From Veleropilina oligotropha (taxonomy: Eukaryota), in the NCBI GenBank assembly GCA_048128005.1, contig JBEUKZ010000064.1:124001-188000 (forward strand): 64,000 bases of DNA. The letters run 5' to 3'. The position numbers and the translations under genes were made by a program. The notes under the pieces were generated by a model. The model ran no database searches and was not told the DNA's origin. It saw nothing but the letters and a program-made list of their open reading frames with translations. Below are positions 37,753 to 46,700 of the stretch, one piece after another; position 1 is the first letter of the stretch; every line of letters begins with the position of its first letter.

Positions 37753-40700
37753 GGACCATTTGATAATGTCTTGTCCTTTTTTTGCAAAAAGGTCAAGACA
37801 TAAAAATGACAAATGGTCCTATATATTCAATTTTTATTAATAGCCTATTAAAAATAATTTAATTTGCAGTGTAGGAAATTATCTAGTAGATTTCGTTTTG
37901 AAATAACCACAATAAATAATACTAAAAGTTTGAAAATGTAACTTAAAACATTTTTAATTCACATCATATTTTTTATGAAAATCATTTGTAGGCCTATTGT
38001 AGGTCAAGTGTTGATCAGATAAGATTATGCAATTAATTGAATTAATAATACTAAATAGACATTTAAAAATGCAATGCAGGTTTATCATAATGACAATACA
38101 GATCATTTAAATATTTCAATGTTGTAGTGCTTTGTGTTAAAGCCAGGAATTAATAGAAGCATTTTATAATTAAATGTCACCTAGTTATGCACAATTTGAT
38201 TCTGACACATAAATGAAACCGGGGTACTTGGTGCTAGGAAGAAAAAATTAGTTCCTAGAAACCTGGGAACGTGACAAAGTCGACTTTATCACGTGTTCCG
38301 GATTCCGTCCTGTATCACGTTCTCAGAGCAGAAAACATTGATAATCATAAACTCAAACATGACATTGAATCTGCTTTCAGCCCCACAAGTACGTGATCCA
38401 GGCCACAGTGATCCAGAGCAGCTGGCCTCTCTCTGAGACCAGCTGGGCATTTGTGCAGCAACTCCGTGAAATTGAGAAGAACGAACTCAAAAGTGAGTGA
38501 CTGTCCTTTAAAATTTACATCTTTCATATCAGTGTGATCGGAGAACATCACTTCATGCAAATGCATTCATCTGGCACTTAACTGCATTCTTTGATCTGAA
38601 CAGGATCATATTCACTGGTCTTGGATAGCATGACTTATGACTTTGCATTATATCACTGATAGTTCTACATTATTGCTGATCAGTACCGTATCACCAATAA
38701 CTGTATTATTGGCATATTTCATCTGACACCAATTGATATTGATATTGTTGATATTTGCTAATCAACAATGTCCTGTAGCCTCTTATTATGACTTTCATCA
38801 TTTCCTAGCGTAGCTGTATTACCTGATGGTTGATTAACTATCGACTTGTATTTTCAGTTACCAATAAAGAGAGACCTCCATCACCAGCTAAGAATGAGAA
38901 AGCTCCGACAGGGACATCCAAGACCGGCAAACCAGGGAAGGGGGGCAAAGACAAGACAGGGAAGGACAAGGACTCCAAGAGTTCTCGGCCCGCATCACAG
39001 CAGTTTGACCTGTCCAAGCCACACTGGACATTCAGGGTGGTCAGCGATGGAACCTGCACCGTAAGTTGATTAGAAATATTGTAAGTCTTAAATGTTTGGC
39101 TATACGTGATAGTACAACAGGATAGGTCATGTGACCTGTCTTCAAACGAAGGTATTGATGTACCTTAGGACAATTATGGAAAAACCAATGTTAAAATTTA
39201 TATTTTTGTATTTGTTATGAATTTTGTTTCTTTAAGGATGACATTGATATGAAGAAAGACACAGAGCGAGCAGATGAGATCCGTGCGATGAAGAAGGCCT
39301 GGGAGGATGCAGAGCCAGGGAGAGCGGCGAAGGTGAGAGTGCAGCCCAGTGATGCTGGTCATCTTGATTTGATTTGAATTTAACTTGATTTTCCTGTTTA
39401 AACATCTATGGTCGTATAGACATGGTCATATTAACATGAGAGTAAGGTTTGAAATATCCAATAAAATCAACCCCTCTCCAACTGTCCACTGTTGTTACAC
39501 AGCGGGGGAGATGATGTTGCCCAGATCGGACTCCAAGAACTGGCGGAACGCCCGTCACCGCGCAACAGTGTTAATGGGATAAATATATTGTTCTGTAGTC
39601 TGCTATGTTCGGAGAACAACGATAGGAGTTTACTGGTCTTCATCATACGTGTCGTCTAGTGTTCTATAGCGTGTCTACAGTTCGCTGGCTTTAAAGCCAT
39701 TTCCAGCTAACTGTATTCTCGGTACAAAGTTATTCTGCCAGCTGACTCGGTCATTCCGACATCTAGGACCGTTGTGTTATCCATGCTGGAATGCGATGGT
39801 ATAAGATAACATCCCCGTGACAAGACGCTATCCACTGGAGTCGCTTAGTGTACTTCTCGCTACAGCATTACAAGGCATTTGTAAGTTCAGGACAATTCAT
39901 TTATATCTGTCCTCGACATAGTACAAATTACATAGTATACTTCCATGTCGTTAAAGTCAATAGTAGCGTAGATATAAGTTCTAACTAAACATATTTATAT
40001 ATGTACAAATGAGCCCCGCACAGTTATACGTGCACCCTAGGATGTTGTCTAGGTAAGGACTGCCGTTCTCGGCCGCACACCGACGCCAAACTGAATTCCC
40101 CGACCCTCGTCTCAACCAATCGGATCCCTTACTTTGGTTTCGCCCAGCTATTCGCGTACATTATTTCATCAGAAATACACGCATTTGACACGGAGTGACG
40201 AATTGACCATATGTCTCATAACCACAGAATACGGGCGTCATTCCTTTTGAACTCGGAACTAAACATCATTAATCTCTTTCAGTTATATCAATATGCCAGA
40301 ATTACGTGACGTCAACAGCTACTATCAGGCGACTAGATGTCATTAACAATATACACACAATTATCTTAGATCACAGGTCAAGATTAATCAAATGTTGGCA
40401 GGAGTGCTCTGTGCGATGTCATTAGTGCTTTGACTCAATAGTAATAACATCTTAATATAATGGAGCTATAATTGTATGTGTGTGTGTCTGTCTGTCTGTC
40501 TGTCTGTTTCAAGTTGAACTCCTCCCAGACGCTTTGACCTAGGACCTTCAAACTTTGGGGGGTTAATCGGGGTCCCCCAAGGAAGGTTTACCACGAAAAA
40601 AATTCGGAAAATTCTAATTGTATGTGTGTGTCTGTCTGTCTGTCTGTCTGTTTCAAGTTGAACTCCTCCCAGACGCTTTGACCTATGACCTTCAAACTTT

Positions 40701-43700
40701 GGGGGGTTAATCGGGGTGCCCCAAGGAAGGTTTACCACGAAAAAAATTCGGAAAATTCGGGAAAAAAAAATATTATTTAAGGGAGCACTATCCAAAAAAA
40801 AAAAAAAAAAAAAATTGGGGTGGGGGGACTTACCCGGCGGAGACGGGTACCATTGCTAGTATATGCAATAGTACAATAGTAATTAACTATAATAAAGATC
40901 TACTCATTAAGTGCATTTAGGCATCATATTGTAACAGACCTCCCATAATTAGAGGAATATTAATTCGATTAAGATTTCCAATTAGTCAGTCAATCTTAAT
41001 ATAATGGAGCTATAATTGTATGTGTGTGTGTGTGTGTGTCTGTCTGTCTGTCTGTTTCAAGTTGAACTCCTCCCAGACGCTTTGACCTAGGACCTTCAAA
41101 CTTTGGGGGGTTAATCGGGGTCCCCCAAGGAAGGTTTACCACGAAAAAAATTCGGAAAATTCGGGAAAAAAAAAAATTATTTAAGGGAGCACTATCCAAA
41201 AAAAAAAAAAAAAAAAATTGGGGTGGGGGGACTTACCCGGCGGAGACGGGTACCATTGCTAGTATGATCAATAATCAAAACACACTTCAACAATAATTAA
41301 AAACAGACAATATAATAAAAGCATGCACAATATACTCGTGCCCAATATGGCACCCTTATTAAATGTCTTAACATTTAAACACTTCAATTTAAAATTGAAG
41401 GATCGACATCAGGCCCCTCGCCTGAGTCCTGCTTCCGAACTCGATCGCGCACGCAAAGATCATCCTCGCAAGGCTCAGCCATATTGTCCGGGTTACACAC
41501 AATAAGACGACTAATCGGTAGTGCAATGTTCGCGATCACACTAGTAATCCGTAGTCGTCGTTCGCACGAAGATCGAACCACCCGAGACGCTATAGGAACC
41601 TGCAAGAAAAGATCAAAGCAGCAATATCGAGTTCGTGAAATATCCGTAGATACTTCCTTTAAAGTGATGCTTCCAACAACACCAATATATATTTGCTTAA
41701 TTAATACAATGCCGTTTTAAGACATTAAAAGTTTATGTTAAATAAAGTTATACAGTCATGACAACAATAGTGCACTTTTACTTTACAAGTTACTTTCACT
41801 TCTAGTAACAAATACGCGTTTTACTTTAACTTCTTTTTCAAGGTTTTACGAAAACCACAGCTTCTCATTTACTATTCTTATTACTTGTTATGCTAGGTTT
41901 ACCAAAACCACAGCTTCTCAATTACTAAGTGTTCAGCCCTCCCGGCCGAAAAACATTTATCTTGTTTGCTAACACACGAGCCACTATAGTATGATCAGGC
42001 GTTATCGACTCATTTTCACCGAGTTCGATACTTTGCGGTTTATTGGTTTCGTTGGTATCATGTGTTTCATTGGTTTCGTGTGTCTCGTCTGCCATTACAC
42101 CTGACTTCATGCTTATTAAGTTTAAGGCCGCAGAATATTGCTTTTTACATCGTGCCCTACACTTATACATAAGACATCCCATTACAATAACAATTAGCAG
42201 GGTTCCAGTTCCCATCGAAACCGTATCCATAAATGTGAACGCTCCCGTGGAACTTATGTGCTGTATGCCTTTCAATTCAGAAATGATACTTTCTAAAGGC
42301 ACCGTTTTCATATCCACTAACTTTTTCGGAATTTCGAGCTGCGTGATATTTGTAAACGCAACTGAATTTATGCCAAATGTGAAACGCGCTCGTATTTCTC
42401 AACACTAACAACTCTCTATATGAATATTTAACCGTGAACTCTTCCTCTCGTTGGAAGTATGAGGATAACGTCATTTGTGAACTATACGCAACACATTCTG
42501 GTTTTAAGCGTATTACATCAAGTGGGGATCGAATCACAAGATCGGTGGTGTTTTCTTGTTTGTCTCTCTTACAAACCACCGAAAACTTTAAAGAATTCAC
42601 TGAGGACACAATCCAAATCCCATCATGTACGTTCACGGCCATCGGTAAATGCATATTAAACGCAACCTTGGCGCTACAGGTAGTATTAATCAATGATTTC
42701 TGATTCAAAAATAAAGCCATAACACACAATGAATGCGCATTGACAGAGTACATCGGACTCTGAAATTGACAAAATTTCGTAAGGCTAGACTTGCACGCAT
42801 CCATTTCGCGCTCGTTCAACAGAGCGTAACTTGTGCGTTCTGCATTAACCGCTATAAAGTCCGACTCCAACTCATAAGAGGCTAACATCCTGGTCACGGC
42901 ACCAATTTAACACCTGTTACACAGCGGGGGAGATGATGTTGCCCAGATCGGACTCCAAGAACTGGCGGAACGCCCGTCACCGCGCAACAGTGTTAATGGG
43001 ATAAATATATTGTTCTGTAGTCTGCTATGTTCGGAGAACAACGATAGGAGTTTACTGGTCTTCATCATACGTGTCGTCTAGTGTGCTATAGCGTGTCTAC
43101 AGTTCGCTGGCTTTAAAGCCATTTCCAGCTAACTGTATTCTCGGTACAAAGTTATTCAGCTGACTCGGTCATTCCGACATCTAGGACCGTTGTGTTATCC
43201 ATGCTGGAATGCGATGGTATAAGATAACATCCCCGTGACAAGACGCTATCCACTGGAGTCGCTTAGTGTACTTCTCGCTACAGCATTACAAGGCATTTGT
43301 AAGTTCAGGACAATTCATTTATATCTGTCCTCGACATAGTACAAATTACATAGTATACTTCCATGTCGTTAAAGTCAATAGTAGCGTAGATATAAGTTCT
43401 AACTAAACATATTTATATATGTACAAATGAGTCCCGCACAGTTATACGTGCACCCTAGGATGTTGTCTAGGTAAGGACTGCCGTTCTCGGCCGCACACCG
43501 ATGCCAAACTGAATTCCCCGACCCTCGTCTCAACCAATCGGATCCCTTACTTTGGTTTCGCCCAGCTATTCGCGTACATTATTTCATCAGAAATACACGC
43601 ATTTGACACGGAGTGACGAATTGACCATATGTCTCATAACCACAGAATACGGGCGTCATTCCTTTTGAACTCGGAACTAAACATCATTAATCTCTTTCAG

Positions 43701-46700
43701 TTATATCAATATGCCAGAATTACGTGACGTCAACAGCTACTATCAGGCGACTAGATGTCATTAACAATATACACACAATTATCTTAGATCACAGGTCAAG
43801 ATTAATCAAATGTTGGCAGGAGTGCTCGGTGCGATGTCATTAGTGCTTTGACTCAATAGTAATAACATATATGCAATAGTACAATAGTAATTAACTATAA
43901 TAAAGATCTACTCATTAAGTGCATTTAGGCATCATATTGTAACACTGTCCTGGCTGATCACTTTGCAATGTCTGCGAACCAGATTCGAGCCTACACTGCC
44001 AACCCAGTCTGGCGAGTCGTTCGAGATTTCAACATTTGGCGGCATATTGGTCATTGCCATGACTAGTTTTAAATATTATATTATTGCCTACCATATTCAA
44101 TGTTTATAGTATTTTGGATCGATGCTCAATGCCTAATTTAACACTCTTTAGTGTCATACCTGAACATGTTCATTTTATGACGGAGCGAAAGCCCTGTCGT
44201 CCGGGAAAACTTGTACACACCCGCCATTTATGGACAACTGTGACTGTGTTAATTGAACAAAGTGCCCAGCTGAAGATTCGAACCCATGCCTGTTAAAGCA
44301 TTTATTATGAATTGAGAGCCACAATGTTATACAATACACCAACGGTGTATGTTCATGGGAGGAATTTGTAGTAAGCTTCGCTGCCTATTCCAATTGGATA
44401 TTGACTGTCCTCGATAGCTCAATTGGTAGAGCATCGGTAGGATGTGGGTTCAAACCTCTAACGCTTAAAACTAATAGATGGCATATCCCTAATGTATGTC
44501 GGTCCGATCAGAGTATGACCATCCGGGTGTCCGGACTGCGATAAGGCTGAAATATTGCCAAAAAGTGGTCGTAAAACAAATTTACCTACCTACCAATTGG
44601 ATATTGGAAATTTTTATTTAGTAACTCTTTATATCTTCTGATTTTAATAGGCGCAGCAGTCCCGCTTGAAGTACCTGAACAGTCACATGATCCGCGTGCA
44701 GGACGACGATGAGGCTAAGCCCGAGGACCAATCAACGGACGGCATCACGCTGCCCGAGCCGCACGAGTCAGTGCCGTCGTACACGCCAGCCTCATTCCTG
44801 GATAATCTGGAGTCGGAGGGCACGTTAACCCTGGAGCCGCCATCTGCACCGACCCCGAAGGAGATCCTGCAGCCCATCGACCTGACGCCATTCATCAGGT
44901 GAGGGAGGGAGCTAGTTCAGGGGTAGCGATGACGCCGTTCATCAGGCAAAAGCCCAGGGTCAGCCTTGTTTGCAATGGGACATGAAGAGACTGGTTATAT
45001 GCCGAATTTACTAATTCAATAAAATATAGTTTCCTAATTTAAAATATAAAACATTAATACTTTTTGTTAATTTGAAATATTTCAAAGTTACTGTTGCGTG
45101 GCATGATGTAAATATTTTTAATAATCACCACTTGATATACTATGTATATATTAATATACATCTAACAATTATTTCTGTTTCGAGAAGAATGTTTATTTGA
45201 AATAATAATATTTATATCAAAAGTGGAATTGACATCTATTAAATGTAATACTTGCTTCATTTTCACTTCCTGACCAGCGATCAGGCTATGACACTTCATT
45301 TCTCTTTGCAGGCGGTCGGATGGTCCCCCTCGATTTCTGGATGAGGCAGAAATTCAACGAAAACTTCAAGAAAAGCAATTAGAAATAGAGAATTACAAGT
45401 CGTACCGGAAACAAGTGGACCAATGGCGGGAACAGGACCGTGCGCACAGGAACTACACCAAGCAGAAGCAGCTGGAGGACTGCGAACGGCTGCAGGTGGG
45501 TGGGCTCGATCCGTGTATGCACACTGGGCAGATAATCTGTTACCCTAGCCATTTGTCTATACTGCATAACAAACTTGTGTGAAAAGGTTCAAATTGCCAT
45601 TTTGGAAATTTAACACGATTTATTTTAACATCTATGAATACATCAATGAATTCAATATAATCTGACCCCAGATAATGTTAGAGTTATTAAAACATTAAGT
45701 AAACTTTTTGTACTTTGTTTCTAAACATGTGTTGATGGTTATAACAGCTTCCGTGATTACGTTTGTGATTCTATTGGGCTGCAGCAGTGCTGTCTCAGCG
45801 CTATGTCCGTCCGCTTCTTGGCTCTGTTCATAATCTTTAGTGCTAAACTTTTTCTTCTCTGAGCTGTGTCATATGGTGTCTTTATCTGTGCAATGTCTTC
45901 TGTTTTAGGAAAGGCTTGACCAGTCCAGAAATGCCATTAATTTTGCTCGCGAGGTTTATCGGCAGAAATGCCTTTCCAGAGATTTAAATTCTGACACCGA
46001 GTCAGTTTATTCTATTCATGACTCCGAGCTCGCGTTCATACAATAGTTTGCCCCTCCCCCAACACCTTAAAGCATGTGTTAGATGCAGTCATTCATTCAT
46101 TTCATTTAGTTTATTTTCTTTATAATATCCACGTATTAATTAGATGCATGTTTATGCAGTTACTTTACCGGTATAAAATTTCCTGATAGCATGAATTCCA
46201 ATTTTGTCAGTCTCAGATTATTTTACTGACAATATGATTATGCTTTAAATAGAAGACAAAAATTAATATGATTGAACACTTTCCCCTCCAGTGTTTTACA
46301 AGCATACAATAGTGTGTGCGACTGGCATGTTCTTACAATCCATTCATTCTCATACATCCTGAAGTTTAAAAGCCGAAAGCCTTGCCAAGTTGCATGTTCC
46401 CATGTTTTATATCTTTTGTTCATGTGTGCATTATGGATTGAAGTGTTGCTCTTAATTTCTTATCAGCGTGATCCGAACATTTGATGCAAATACCATATGT
46501 CCGTCTGAATCAGTGCGTTATTCTTTCTGCTCAGATCTTTGTCTTCAATGATAGAACCATGCATCGTCAGAACGTCAAGTCTCAGATCTTTGTCTTCAAT
46601 GCTAGAACCATGCATCGTCAGAACGTCAAGTCTCAGATCTTTGTCTTCAATGCTAGAACCATGCATCGTCAGAACGTCAAGTCTCAGATCTTTGTCTTCA

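Larger units (their letters stand above)
39493..43944 (-). mobile_element. Internally deleted env-bearing LTR retroelement (Gypsy/errantivirus-like)
   Basis: Two near-identical TGT...ACA LTRs (39493-40936 with a 410-bp insert; 42915-43944); 4-bp TSD CTGT (39489-39492, 43945-43948); tRNA-His-type PBS; env fragment; no gag or pol. Confidence 0.92.

Noticed and set aside
40120..40180. Hammerhead-like CTGATGA...GAAA on the minus strand of the LTR (retrozyme idea); similar motif near 58165
   Set aside because: Stem II cannot close properly and I could not build stems I and III by eye; an Infernal search would settle it
40466..41199. ORFs MDSAPLNN...
   Set aside because: Antisense translations of the non-coding Helitron copies
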